A stretch of 64,000 bases of DNA, taken from positions 1,874 to 65,873 of IMG/VR virus record IMGVR_UViG_3300042462_000200. One strand, 5' to 3'. The position numbers and the translations under genes are program-made. Positions within the stretch are counted from its first letter, which is position 1. Every line of letters starts with the position of its first letter. The DNA comes from a virus (taxonomy: Duplodnaviria > Caudoviricetes). Below are positions 45,701 to 57,500 of this stretch, one piece after another. The notes under the pieces are model-generated. The model searched no databases, was not told where the DNA came from, and saw nothing but the letters and a program-made list of their open reading frames with translations.

Positions 45701-48700
45701 AGATGCTATCTTAGCATTAAGTATAATAGAATCTGTATATCTAGATAAGTTAGTAGGACTGTGACTAGCCGCTACATTTGAAATTAACCAACCTTGTGTA
45801 CCATTCTTAAGCACATTATTAGGAGCTGTAATCAGTGCTGCATTATATGTGTTTATACCAATATTTCTATAGGCAAATACAAAAGCACATACATACCGAT
45901 TTGTACCTAGGTTTGTAATAAGAAGTGACGTAGTACCTTTTGGTAGTATTTTCTTTGTGCTAGATTGTAAGATCTCTTGTGCTGTTAAGGCATTTTGAGA
46001 ATTAGCACGGGTTTCTGTATAGCATACCACATAGCCATCGTAATCTACGAATCCAGCCTGAATAGACCATACAATAGTCCCTTCTGTTGTGCCATCATCA
46101 TTTTGGTCAGCGACATATACTATTGGAGAGGCTGCAAATACAGGACTAGGAATTGAACTAGTATTAGAGCTATTATCATTCTTATCATTGTCAATCGCCT
46201 TTTTCAAATCATCATACATTTCTGTAGATAACTGCGTATATAGTTTTTGGATCTTAGCTGGAGTATTTGTTATAATATTTCCATTAAAATCTTTTACTAC
46301 AACTGAAAATGTTACTGTAGCAACCTTTGTCTTATCCGAAACACCAAGGTAATCTGCAAATGAAACTTGACCTGTATTACTTACAATAGGTGCAAGAGTT
46401 GTATTAGTAAGATTACTAGGCACTGCTGATAAGTTATAAGTACCATTTGCGCCTACACTGGTTGTAAGAGTTGTAGCTGTATACGTAAGCTCTTTATTAC
46501 CTAACAATACTTTTAAAGTAGTGCCACTACCTGTCATTACAATAGTACCATCAGTAGCACTTGGTAAGATTTGAAATGAATTCCCAATATCTAATTGTAC
46601 AGTTGGATTATTCTCTTGTACACCTAAGATTGTAACTGTATCTGCTGCAATTAGTTTATTAAGCTCTTTAACTTCTACCTTTAGTGTTTGTGGCATATTT
46701 TTAAAAGCCACATCAGGGGTATATTGGAATGTATTGTTAACACCTGTTTTCTCAACGCTATTTACATAATACTTAAATGTATATGGAGTGAGATCAGTAA
46801 CACTAAGTGTAGTAGTAAAAGCAATTCCGTTAGCATCGCTCGAGGCAATGGCACCTTCTGCTGTATAGTTAATATAATACTTATCACTATTACTTGATAG
46901 CTTTGCAGTAATTACATCTGCGCCTGCTACAACTATAATTTTAACCTTAGCAGTTAATGTACCATAAGTTACTATAGCATATATGTTTGAAGATGTAGTG
47001 CTTATAGCTGTAATCGAAATACCCGTAGTTGTTATAGTGGCAGTACAATCAGTTCCAACAACTGTGTATGCACCTGTAATTGGCTTAGCAATACCAGCTT
47101 CATAGTATGTTAATACTAATGGGATGCTATAGGAATCTGTAATGACTGATTTATTTAAAATTACATTATCATCACTTAATAAAATTCTTGGCGGAGAGTT
47201 AATGCCATTGAAGATTGGAATTGTCAAATAGTCTGTATAATCATAAGGATCATTCGGCTCATCTATATCCGCTTCAAGGGTTGGCAACATAATATTAACA
47301 GCAATCTTTAGTGTATCGCCTGTAAGCACTGTTGGCAATGTATACGTAACACTGGCTCCTGTGAGAGCTGTGTTTTGTACGCCATTTATATACCAAGCAT
47401 AGACTAGACCTGCAGGTGCATCATTAGCTACTACAGCAGTTAATACTATAGATTTCTTTTGAGTTACATTTTCTCCTGTAAATAGAACACTAGTATCAGA
47501 AGCTAATGAAAGAATAGACTTTGTAAGACCCAGCGTGTGAGCACCTTCTAGTATACTATAGCTTGGCGCACTCCATTGATCTGTTATTGAATACACTCTA
47601 ACTCTAAACACTCCATACTTATAAGCTGTTGGAGGTACTTCGTAAAATGTAAGACTACTACGTGGCGCTAATACCGTAAAGTTTAATTCACCATTTGCAT
47701 TTAGGTTGGTAGGCTCACCGTCTTCATCCAAGGTATCTGAGTAACATGCGGAATACTCGTAGCTAGCTGCTAAGTATCTATTTTCAGCTTGAACATAAAG
47801 TGTTCCTGGACTACCTGTTGTTTGATTCTGTTCAGCTGTGAAGTAAAAATAATTAGTATTAGTAACTACTGTGTTGTAAATTGGAGAAGGTTCGTTATAG
47901 TTAAAGTTAGGAAGATTAACGCCTTGCGTATACAAAGCCGTACTTAAATACGTTGCAGAGATTGAACAAATATTATTATCGTCTAATGCACTAGAAACTA
48001 CCTTAAGTGGAATAGGACTTGTTGTCCAATCCAATGTAGCGGACTTTAATGTAAATACATCTCCTGGCTCTAAATACATATTCTTCACTAAGTATTTAAA
48101 ATTAACTCGATAACTGTATCTACTTTCTCTAACTAACTCTTCTGCTCTTAACCATGCATGGTAGATAGTACTAACGCCTGGTAGCGTAAAGTCACCTTCG
48201 AAAAGCGCACCACCATCTTTAGCCTTAAGCTCTTCATGTAAAGTATTTGCAGCAAGGAGTGTATCCTTTGCGTAAGCATCTGCTATTACGAAACTTTTAT
48301 AATATTCACGCCCTGTTTGCCATAATACTGTACCGCCTGTACTATAGTCTACAAAGCTAATGCCATACACAACTCCGGAAGATGGGTTATAATTTGCAAA
48401 TCTACGGTAATTAAATGTATTGATAGCGCTGTTACGATTTTTCCAGTAGTAACCCGTATCTCTTGTGTAAGTCACTTCTACTCTAAGAAAGTATTCCTGA
48501 TCCTGAGATAGCGTTAAATTTTGTTGAGCACCTCCACTATCTACTAATCGCGTTGCACCGCATAATAACGTACTATTAGCATACCCAATATTTACAATAC
48601 TTGAGCCTGGCTTGATATTATAAGAGCCTGGGTGCGCAGGATTAAACATATCTGAGACTCTATTCCAAAACCATGGCGCACGTGCCTTATTACAAACAAA

Positions 48701-50263
48701 TAATAATGTATCTACTCTACCAGGTTCTTTCGGATATTCTCTATAAACCTTGACATTATTAATACTGGCTGTACACACAGCTTCAATACAATAACTCCCA
48801 CTTCTGTTTAGCACATGAAATCTGTAGCTATCTGTATGTGTTCCCGCTGTTTTGTTGAGACCTGCTACACCAAATTGTGTAAACATCTCTGGAAAAGCAT
48901 ATTTGCTAAAGTCTTTACCTGTCTTCTTGCCGTCTTGCCACTGCGATTCCCATTTATAAAAAGAGGCTACAGGATTAATAGTAATTTCAGATGTTGCAGA
49001 AATTGGTATCTGAGCATCTTCATACAGCACTGGCCACGACACAACATCTTCTTTAAAATTTCTAGCTTCATTTTTGAAATGAACAGTTACTTTATTTAAT
49101 TTGGTAGAAGCATCTGGCCATATTATTTCAATATCCTGCGACATAATTAAGTCGTCATCAGTCAATGCAGCAACTGTACTACCATTCTTTGCAATCAAGT
49201 TTTGTAGCATTGTACTACTAGTTGCTCTAACTAGATTCAGGCTGTATACGCCACCAGACCAAACTAGCATTGCCCCTGACATTGTTGTCAGAATAGTTTC
49301 AATATTCTCACGCAAAGGTTTTGAAGTATCTAATGTTATATTACACTCAAAAGTCTTACGCTGAACTGGAACACCTGCACTTCCATTAATCTTACCACCA
49401 ATTATAAACTCAGCATTCGTTCCATCAGCTTTCTTTAGAGGTGTATCACATATTGCTGCAGCTTCTATGAAACTTTTAATATTAAGTTCAAAGTTCTCAT
49501 CAACACCTTTTCCATAGGTCGTGTTAGTAAGGTAATCTAATAAACACCATGCAGGATTATTTGAATAAGTCTTAGCACCATCTTTTTGTGGAATGCCATT
49601 AGCATTTAAATACCATTTTTGAACCTTTAAACCCTCAATTAGAAAAGTAACTTCAGGTATATTAGACCATTGAGGAAAATACTCATCTAATTTAAAAGTA
49701 CAATGAGCATAAGCAAGGCCTGTAAAGAAGTCAGTAGGCTTCTTAGCATTCGGATGCACCGCAGTTCCCTCAGTACATACATCAATCTGCCAAGAGGCTT
49801 CAGGCAATCCGCCAGAAATTTTGGTTGCTAGTTTGTGTGCAGAGTTGTCATTTCTGTAGGCAACGTTAGGGTTGTCGGAAGGCTGATCATCAATCAAAAT
49901 ATCAATTACTTGGTTGATAGGTGCATGACCGATTACGACTTGTGTTGTAAGTACAGAATTCTTAGGAGATACGCCACTAGTTGTTAATAGCGCATTTGCG
50001 GCAGCGCCCACAGGGTCCATTCTTTTAGCAAAGCTAGGAGGTAATGGATAATTTCTATAGTGTGTTGAAATATGGGCATCTGACCTGATACCTACAACCT
50101 TGTTACGACCATACGTAATTGGCACAGGACTTGTAGTACCGGTTGAAGTAATATCAACACCCGGTGTCTGTCTCATCGCTTCTGGAGGAGGTGCTGGAGG
50201 CTTAGGTTTATTGACAATTGTATAAATCATTATACCTAATTGAAATAAAAATTCAAGTGTCAT
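42710..50263 (-). CDS. Tail tip / central fibre (lambda J-like)
   Basis: PVPITYG, YSNNPAWCLLDYL....YG.G, SF..AA.ICD, LEPGDV; C-terminal Ig/FN3-like repeats. Confidence 0.88.
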   Translation of the reverse strand: MTLEFLFQLGIMIYTIVNKPKPPAPPPEAMRQTPGVDITSTGTTSPVPITYGRNKVVGIRSDAHISTHYRNYPLPPSFAKRMDPVGAAANALLTTSGVSPKNSVLTTQVVIGHAPINQVIDILIDDQPSDNPNVAYRNDNSAHKLATKISGGLPEASWQIDVCTEGTAVHPNAKKPTDFFTGLAYAHCTFKLDEYFPQWSNIPEVTFLIEGLKVQKWYLNANGIPQKDGAKTYSNNPAWCLLDYLTNTTYGKGVDENFELNIKSFIEAAAICDTPLKKADGTNAEFIIGGKINGSAGVPVQRKTFECNITLDTSKPLRENIETILTTMSGAMLVWSGGVYSLNLVRATSSTMLQNLIAKNGSTVAALTDDDLIMSQDIEIIWPDASTKLNKVTVHFKNEARNFKEDVVSWPVLYEDAQIPISATSEITINPVASFYKWESQWQDGKKTGKDFSKYAFPEMFTQFGVAGLNKTAGTHTDSYRFHVLNRSGSYCIEAVCTASINNVKVYREYPKEPGRVDTLLFVCNKARAPWFWNRVSDMFNPAHPGSYNIKPGSSIVNIGYANSTLLCGATRLVDSGGAQQNLTLSQDQEYFLRVEVTYTRDTGYYWKNRNSAINTFNYRRFANYNPSSGVVYGISFVDYSTGGTVLWQTGREYYKSFVIADAYAKDTLLAANTLHEELKAKDGGALFEGDFTLPGVSTIYHAWLRAEELVRESRYSYRVNFKYLVKNMYLEPGDVFTLKSATLDWTTSPIPLKVVSSALDDNNICSISATYLSTALYTQGVNLPNFNYNEPSPIYNTVVTNTNYFYFTAEQNQTTGSPGTLYVQAENRYLAASYEYSACYSDTLDEDGEPTNLNANGELNFTVLAPRSSLTFYEVPPTAYKYGVFRVRVYSITDQWSAPSYSILEGAHTLGLTKSILSLASDTSVLFTGENVTQKKSIVLTAVVANDAPAGLVYAWYINGVQNTALTGASVTYTLPTVLTGDTLKIAVNIMLPTLEADIDEPNDPYDYTDYLTIPIFNGINSPPRILLSDDNVILNKSVITDSYSIPLVLTYYEAGIAKPITGAYTVVGTDCTATITTTGISITAISTTSSNIYAIVTYGTLTAKVKIIVVAGADVITAKLSSNSDKYYINYTAEGAIASSDANGIAFTTTLSVTDLTPYTFKYYVNSVEKTGVNNTFQYTPDVAFKNMPQTLKVEVKELNKLIAADTVTILGVQENNPTVQLDIGNSFQILPSATDGTIVMTGSGTTLKVLLGNKELTYTATTLTTSVGANGTYNLSAVPSNLTNTTLAPIVSNTGQVSFADYLGVSDKTKVATVTFSVVVKDFNGNIITNTPAKIQKLYTQLSTEMYDDLKKAIDNDKNDNSSNTSSIPSPVFAASPIVYVADQNDDGTTEGTIVWSIQAGFVDYDGYVVCYTETRANSQNALTAQEILQSSTKKILPKGTTSLLITNLGTNRYVCAFVFAYRNIGINTYNAALITAPNNVLKNGTQGWLISNVAASHSPTNLSRYTDSIILNAKIASADGTLFALSDMSANIQDFNSKNNTSVKSLLVPTFATPGIVYDDTSSSSGNVDFVVNFSIPTNDAAKPVEDIDGFAMLELVSDSALSSSIKALAPDVMATDLGTIFIDVNSHTNVDVSAVRNYSASFDERKATKYRNIYLFAYRVVDKATYDKAPAYGVGANKVNFKKFIKKGLSTTYFFATDIVKLNTTATLERWKEFITLAGDQFKVGTNTITTSDIYDVSINFQTVNDRSVNVPLAPYNPGANVPVITYDSTLNKNGNIDYIVHFKDQNPNPTTNQAASLDNSIDGFWLVQREVAEASLPIVAPTAQQIYDDPYKIIIDAKSFVVDSYQVKNYYVRVSDAKARTHRTMFIVGFREVSSGVVTKKNVTAANVVYNTSKKLNTYVVSSVYRTHENLSLSNYTDAITIAANSILLDNGNTVSTTSLYESVADFNAKNANSIVPITVLPATMSLYYDTNKTYANGNVDVVFTFNYDYTGIPEAASIDGFCLLMAESKTNGTIAVPKYADMMINPLAKFIELDGNALPTVLTSHSVVFPSVAADMYRTVFIFPYREVSTKQFYDLYLAPRKKFTTGKKANLRYFLTTAEAAPLRSHANAALYQAMTTPVMYGSIAYNNQNISFSNVVADFVLSNQDNMSKIDPLTGVTFSATPITFEGNSTNVDVIVSWTYTGNEALLDGFLVDFQTGGKANIAKPAVDKLATNGFFSVKPSERSFRLSAQDLKNFYNFCVIPYHIISPSVYQTNYKTSVIKNRITMIANTPIVFNDTYTLAITSGQKYSRRDTQGTSAPATPVIGDYWLNTNTATISGIEGFVTAVFNGTNWEAITADEAKTKGITQTVISAVEPVPNHSGFYWKNTAGEDISGVKAGDTVTFDDNLGIWTSATVAEKLQIGPDNAKPASVLEGNLYLTSDIIDGGYKLYLAKNGGWVPFKVFNTNAVSTSNTAPSTELYYLKLAKAKTVSPQNLPVYSYRYATTEKWQTASPYDKKLIKSTTIPTRV

Positions 50264-50895
50264 TATTTCCCCCAGTGAAGTTCAGTACTTCTTGCAGACA
50301 CATATACATTTTCTGCACATGTATCTTGGCTATTTCGCTCTTTAATTTTAGGATCAGAAAAGTAAATACCATTCTTTTGGTCTAATCCGTACATAGGAGA
50401 GCCTGCTGTTAATTTAATCATAGATTCACCAATCTCATCAGTACGTCTGATATTTGTCACTCCGTTAACTCTTCCAGAGTATATTGTTAATATGTTTTCA
50501 GGTGAAACATTAATATCACCATTGGCTGTGAATATAGCAGATACTTTTAAATGGTTACCTACCAATCCCCAATCATGCGCAGCAATAGAAAGTATAACAC
50601 TATCTGTTAATGTGATGGTATATAGCTCTCTATCAACAGAGGTAGAAAGCTTAGGTGCTTGAATACCAATCAAAGATCCATCAGCTAAGAATTCAATTTG
50701 ATTTAGCGGCAATCCAGCTCCATCAGTTACTGTTGTAATAGGAAATATAGAAGCCTTAGGTAGCGTCATGTTACTGAAATGGGAAGTAGAAGCATATATC
50801 AAATTACCTGTAGTGCCTAGTAAGGACACTAGAATAATAGAATAAGCTCCAGGTGTATCTAACATTTGTCTACTGTGTTCTGAAAGGACGATCAT
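50263..50895 (-). CDS. Tail tip / hub protein
   Basis: Lies between Dit and J; IYSGRV, C-terminal WGK. Confidence 0.6.
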   Translation of the reverse strand: MIVLSEHSRQMLDTPGAYSIILVSLLGTTGNLIYASTSHFSNMTLPKASIFPITTVTDGAGLPLNQIEFLADGSLIGIQAPKLSTSVDRELYTITLTDSVILSIAAHDWGLVGNHLKVSAIFTANGDINVSPENILTIYSGRVNGVTNIRRTDEIGESMIKLTAGSPMYGLDQKNGIYFSDPKIKERNSQDTCAENVYVSARSTELHWGK

Positions 50896-51533
50896 TGCAA
50901 TGCCTCTATTAATTTGACTGTACCATTATCCATGAGAATACCATCTTGATAAACCATACCTTGTACAGTATCGGTATCGTAATAACATTGCATTTCTACA
51001 CCTACGTATCTTAATTTAACCCCAGTTTCAGTAGTTTTACGCAATTCTGGATATAATTTAACTGTAATTGGGTTTATAGAATTTTTAACTGTATTCTCCA
51101 TTACCATATAAACTTTAAGATCATCACTTAATGTTACAAGAGTTCCTTTAGTTAATGATACTGAATTAGCTGCAGAAATAGTTACCTCACCATGGCCGTC
51201 TACATTTGCGCGAGATAAAATAAGAGTTTCCTTAACATTATTAATTGTATGTGTCGCTCTATCTTTTTCTATTACCCCAATATTCTGAGGTACCTTTATT
51301 TTAAATTTTGTATGATGCCCTTTCGTTACCATATTCACAAAGAGTTCTTCTGCCGTAGCATTAAGAGGTCTCAGGTTGGAAGTTAATTCCCAACGCTGAG
51401 CGCCCCGTTTAGTTGTTCTTCGCTGCAAGGAAAGGGTATCACTTGTGAAGACCGGCTGATTACTAACAAACGTCATTGGCGTGTTGAAGTTAGCAATTAC
51501 ATTTCCGTCATCATTCATGATACCGTAGTTCAT
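50892..51533 (-). CDS. Distal tail protein (Dit, T5 pb9-like)
   Basis: Directly after the TMP; AQRWEL, KVYMV, YPELR, C-terminal LIEAL. Confidence 0.7.
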   Translation of the reverse strand: MNYGIMNDDGNVIANFNTPMTFVSNQPVFTSDTLSLQRRTTKRGAQRWELTSNLRPLNATAEELFVNMVTKGHHTKFKIKVPQNIGVIEKDRATHTINNVKETLILSRANVDGHGEVTISAANSVSLTKGTLVTLSDDLKVYMVMENTVKNSINPITVKLYPELRKTTETGVKLRYVGVEMQCYYDTDTVQGMVYQDGILMDNGTVKLIEALQ

Positions 51534-51535
51534 AA

Positions 51536-54500
51536 TTATCCTTTATAGTTTTGCTCTTTATTATGAGTGTTAACACCTGATGCAATAGAAGGAATCATTC
51601 GATACACTTCATTGCGTGTTTGTCTGGAAATATCTCCAGTAATGCTTAAATTTACTATGGTGCTTTTACCTGCTTTTGAAGAGGTAGATAGTTGTTTCCC
51701 TAATGGTGCTGAAGGCACTGACATAATAGCTGCTGATGCGTCACCTACAGAACCCCCTACAGCAAACTTATGGAACTGCTTACCATCGTTAATTGCAGAA
51801 ATAAGATCCATATGCTTAGAAGCTGCTTTAGCATTAATTACAAATTCACCATTAGATAGCATTGTGGGAATAGAGTCGGAAGTGCCTGTGCCTGGTCCAG
51901 TGATAAAACCACCTGTAGCTGCCACTTGCCAAGCGGTTCCACCTACACTTGTCCCACTGGTAGGTGAAGCACCTGTAGAGCCACCTGAAGATCCTGCACC
52001 ACTTTTAAACATCCCTAAGAAAGATGAGCCTAATCCTGCCCAGTTGATGTCACCACCGCTTGAAAGAGCTTGTAGTGCATTACCAATAGAGCCTAAGAAT
52101 GTTTGTAATGGTTTAAATATCTCATCCCATTTGATAGTTTCAAAGCCAGTTTTTACACTATCAGTTACACTAGCAGACATATCAGTAGCTTCTGGCGTAG
52201 TAACGGCACCTGCATCAGAAGCTGGTACACCCTTACTTTCTCCGGGTTGTGTACCATCTCTTGGGCCACCCATACCAAATAGTCCGCCAAGCTTAGATAT
52301 ACCGCCTTTAGCTAGATTGAATAAGCCAGTACCGCCTGCTGCTAAAAACTTAGTTGCTGCTCCACCTTTGCCAAAGCCTAAGCCTTGTGAAACACCACTA
52401 GTAATAGAGTTCATTGCGTTATCAGCAACAGAACTGAACATTTTCTTTTTGAATGTTCCAAATACTCCACCACCTTGTGAACTGTCTCCAGACAATACAC
52501 CTTTAAATGCATCTCTAAAGCCACCGCCAATACCACTAGCATTTGCTTGGCCTGCTTCTTCAGCCGCCTTGGCATCTTCAACAATAGCTTCACCCATGTC
52601 TTTAAGCGCACTTGTTAATTTCTCAACCTTACGTTGTAAATCCGCTGTCGCTTCATTACGCGATTTGGCCATGTTAAGTTCTTTTTCAGCATTTAACAAG
52701 TCATCGGTCATTAGCTTAGCTTGATTCAATTGCATCTCATTAAAGTATGCTGTAACATCTTCGCCTATCTTGCCAAACCTACCTACATACGCTTGTCTGT
52801 TACCGCCAGTGCCTTTATTAAATTGTTCAGCACTAATGACAGGATTAACCTTAAGAGGCGTTTTAGCCGCAACACCTTCTGTGAATGCTTTTAACATCTC
52901 AAAGTAGTCAGTGATACTTTGTTGTAGGTCTGGCGTTGGTGCTGCTTCAAATTGCTGTTGAAGTTCTAATATTTTAGTGTTTAATTCAGTTGCAGACATT
53001 ATCTGAGTAGCATCCATTTGAGACACTACATCTTTACCTAATTTAGCACCATGTTGTGTTAACATTTCTGCAGGTGTATTTAAAGTAGGATTTAACTTAT
53101 TAATAGCTAAGTCTAGATTATATGCATCTAATGGCTTTTGCATATTAAGTTGTTTCAACTTTAATAATGAATCTGCAATGTACTGCTTGCTAAGTTCACC
53201 TTGCGGTGCTTGTAGTTGCTCTACAGGTTTTGATACGGCATCTGCAATAGGCTTGGCTATGCTCTCTCTTACTGCACTTTGAGAAGGTGCTGTAATTGGT
53301 GCAGATTTAGGGGCACGTCCAGTTGCTAATGTAGTCATAAACTCATCAGCTTTATCTTGACCTCCTCCCCGCTTAGCACCTGTTGGGCCAACTGCAAATG
53401 CTCTAAATGCATCACGAACAGTACCAAACGTTTTCATATTTAAAGATAAATATTGTGCAATGCCTTTTATTGTAGACGCAGGATCTGTCTTATCAATTCC
53501 AAGTGTCTTAGCAGTAATATCATTAAATTGACCTAAGCCAAATGAAGTTTCTTTATAGCCTGGTTTTGGAGTAATACCTGACTTAATATTTAAGCCACGA
53601 GATTCATGCTCAATAGCAGCCTTAACCATGTCTACTGTTACGTTTGGAAATTCTTTTACTGCATCTTGTATTAACGAATCCCACCGCTCTACATCAGGTC
53701 TGAATTTAGGCTTAGGCGTATTAGCTGACCAAGGAATATCCTTAGCCATTTCAGCTAATGAAGTTACACCGCTTCGTGGACCTTTAGCTAATTCAACAGC
53801 TTGCTTAGACGCTTCTTTGAAAGGTGTTGATACTTCAGTCACCTTACCCTTAGCAGCTTCTAGATTCATCTTAGCAGCTTCTAACTGCGTATCAGCAGCT
53901 TTTAGTTGAAGATCTACAGGAGATGAAGTTAATTTTTCATACTGTTTTAACTGATTAGTATCAAAAGATTTTATTAACTCTTCCATCATTTGATCAACTG
54001 GCAAACCCTTATTCATGATATTAGTTTGATTTTCAGTTAATCCATTTAAACCTTGAATAGCTGTTAATGCTGTCAAATCAGATGCTTGCTTAGAGTACTG
54101 ATTACGAGTACCTTTATCCATCATTTGAAATTGAGACTGAGTAAATCCAAAATTAGGTGCTATGGATTTGATTTTGTCAAAAGCAGACTTCATGCCATCT
54201 GTTAAACTTTCTCTAGCATTCTTTCTAAAATCAGCAAAGAATTTCAAGTATGTGCCTGTATTTTGAAGACTATCCAATACCTTAATAATACTCTCAGCTC
54301 TAACACTTAAGAATCCTTGCTCCATTTCTTTTGCAAGTTCTGTTTTAAGGCTTTGAGCAACAGTTACTAGAGTACGGGTTAAAGAAGCACCTAGAGACAC
54401 AAAATCAATATTACTAAAGCTAACACCAAATGCCTCATTGACAGAACCAATCTTATCTTGGAAACTAGCATACTGATCTCTAACTGAACTTAATGCTTCC

Positions 54501-57500
54501 TCTGTTTTAGCAATTTCTTTATTAATTGCAATAAAGGCTTCAGGAGAAGTTGGCTGTTCTAAATCATGCTTAAGATCTTTAATGTAGTTGCTAAGCTTAA
54601 TTACATTTTGTACAATTGCAGGCGGTAATAGATTTAATTTACTAGCACCACTAAAATTAACATCAGCCAGTGATTGCATCATTCCTGCACCTGTTTTGGA
54701 TGCAGCATTACGAGATGCTTGATAACGAGCTTCAGCTTGATCTGCCAGTGCTTTGAAATACTCTGTTAATGTATCTGCGTTAGCATTTGAACCGTCTAAG
54801 TCTAATTTAATTTTGGCTAAGTTTAATTCAGCCGCTTTTAAATTATCTACATCTGCTTGTGAGATTAATGATAACTGAGCCCCTGTAAGATTAGTTCCGA
54901 TACGCGCTTGAAGTTCAAAAGAAGGTCTTCCAAAACTAGCACCTAATGCGGCTCTCTTTCCTGAAATTTGTTCATTTAATTTCTCTTGCAGCTTAGCTTG
55001 ATAAGTGGCATCACTAATGGTATTCTTGTTCACCTCAAGATACGTATCAATCTCTTTGATCTTTTTGTAACCAGCTTCTAACGAATCTAAGACCTCTGTA
55101 CTAATACCAGGAATTAAACTTTGATCAAGGCCCATTGACTCTGCCATGGCGCCGCGAGATTTAAACTCAGGGATTGTCATGCTAGCTGTCAGTGCAGCTT
55201 TACGTTGTTTTAAAGCTGGCAATTTATCGTACTGTTGAGTAGCCATAGCACGGTCAATATCAGCAGCAATATCATCAGCTTGTTGTAGTAAACCTGCAGC
55301 TACATCGGCACCAAATGTATTATACAAATCGCCAATATCGATATTAAGCTTATTAGCAACATCCGCCATTTGTCCTGGTTTTGTTTTAACATTACCCCAA
55401 AGCTCTTTACGTAACTGGTCACCAAGATCAAAAGACTCAGTGAGATTCTTCATGTACTTATCAAAATACTCAAAATTATCAGCGTTATAAACTGCTAATT
55501 TCTGTTTGTATTCAATACGAAGTTTTTCCATTTTAGCTTGTTGTGCTTTAGCATCTAGCATTGCTAATGCTGGCTTAACAGGCTCTTCCATCTGGATCTT
55601 AGTGGCTTCTCTCTTAGCTTGAATTAATGCAGCTTGAGTAGAACCTAGCTTATTATTTGCAAATTCTTCTTCAAGTGTTTTAATAACAGTTTCTTGGTTC
55701 TTTTTACGGGTCTGCCAGAGGCGCATATCACCTTGGTATACCATTGTCTCATGCTTATTTTGTGCAGTTTCTTTTACAAAATCTTGAGGTATTGAATCAG
55801 GATTTACAGGTCTAACTGGCTTATTTAAAAAGTCTTCACGCTGTCTTTTTAATTCAGTCATACGTGCTAATACAGGGCCTGATATATTTTCAGGTAATCC
55901 TGCAGCTGCCTTGCCTGCACCTAGTCCTAGCTCTTCTGCCATCTTAGGTATTACAGGAGATGCATACTTATAAGACTGTACAGAATCTTCTTTAAGTCTT
56001 TCTTTTTGCTTAACAACTTCTTCAATATTAAGAATAATATCATTCTTAGCTTTTATATCAAATACACCTTCAAGACTTTTAGAAAGTCTTTCAGCAGCTT
56101 CACCAAGCTTTTCCATTCGATTAACAGCAGTGTCACTATTAGCAAATATTTTATTAGTGTCTAATTTACTTTCAACACCTTTCATGTCAAACTTGCTAGC
56201 AATAGAACTTATTCTGCCTGCAAAAGATTGAGCAGCTTTCATGATAGTACTATAACGCACAATATCTTCTGCAGTTGATTTATACTCTGCACGAAGCATT
56301 TTCATTTGTGCAATTAGCTTAGGGTCTGGAGCAGCATTTTCCCATATTTTACCGTTAGGATGTTCCCAGAACCAATACTTATTTTCATTTATTTGCTTAG
56401 TTAAGGCTATAATCTCTCTACCAGTATCTTTGAGATGTGCCATCATCTTAGGGCCAACAGGACCAAGATTATCAAAGCCTTTTGTAAGTTGTGCTAATTT
56501 AGCTGTTTCAGCATCTAATGGAGAATAATTTGCATTATAAGTAGTATCTCTAGAAAGAGAAACTGCATCTCTTTGACTTTTAAGGTCTAGTCTAGCGGCT
56601 GATGTTTGGTTCCATGGCATTCTACTAGCTATAGACAATTGCTTTAGTTTGACTTCAAATTCAGCATCTAAAGCTGCTTGTGCGCCTTGCTTCTGTAACT
56701 GCCCCCATAGAGTATCTGGACGATACCTTTGAGCTTGGGTTAAATTCTTTCCAAAGTCTTTAAATACAAAAGGAGTAGAAGCAGAAGCGGCGTCAACACG
56801 AGCTGCAGTAGCTTTTACTTTCTTCTGTAATAGATCTCTTTGATCCTGAGTTAACCCTGATATATCCCAATCTGCTTTTGCATCTCTAATAGCTTGTGCC
56901 AAATCTTCTGTGGCTTTTGTTACAGCTTCTTTGGAAGAGTCAGAAGCTAATGCAGCACTAATAGGATCAATTTTATAATCAATCTTGATACCCATTGTTG
57001 CAGCTGCTTGTAAATCGTCTAGACGTAATCCAGTTCTAAAGTCAACAGGATTAGGTTTCATACCAAATAAAGTACGAGTCTTTTCAATTACTTCATCTAA
57101 GTCTTGTGATAATGAGCTACTATCACTGCCAAATAGCCATACATAAATTATACCAGCGGCAGTTAAGGCTAAACCTACCCAACCTAGTGTCATAAGTCTT
57201 GTACCAACAGCCAAGAACTCAGTGATACCTGTCATAATTGATTCAGTAAACTTAAAGGCTAATAAAGCACCCGCAAGTCCACCTATCATAGCCATGTCAT
57301 CGCCAAATTGACCACCTGCCCATGCGCCTGCAAAGGCACCTGCAGCAGCTAATCCTAATGGTGCAAACATTAATAAGATTCTAGCGGATAATACACCAAT
57401 AGCTTGCATAATCGTACCGCCAGTAAATGCTGCAGTAATAGCAGCAGGAATTACCGTCAATCCGTCTAAAATAGGGTAAATAAATGCAGCAATTGCAGTA

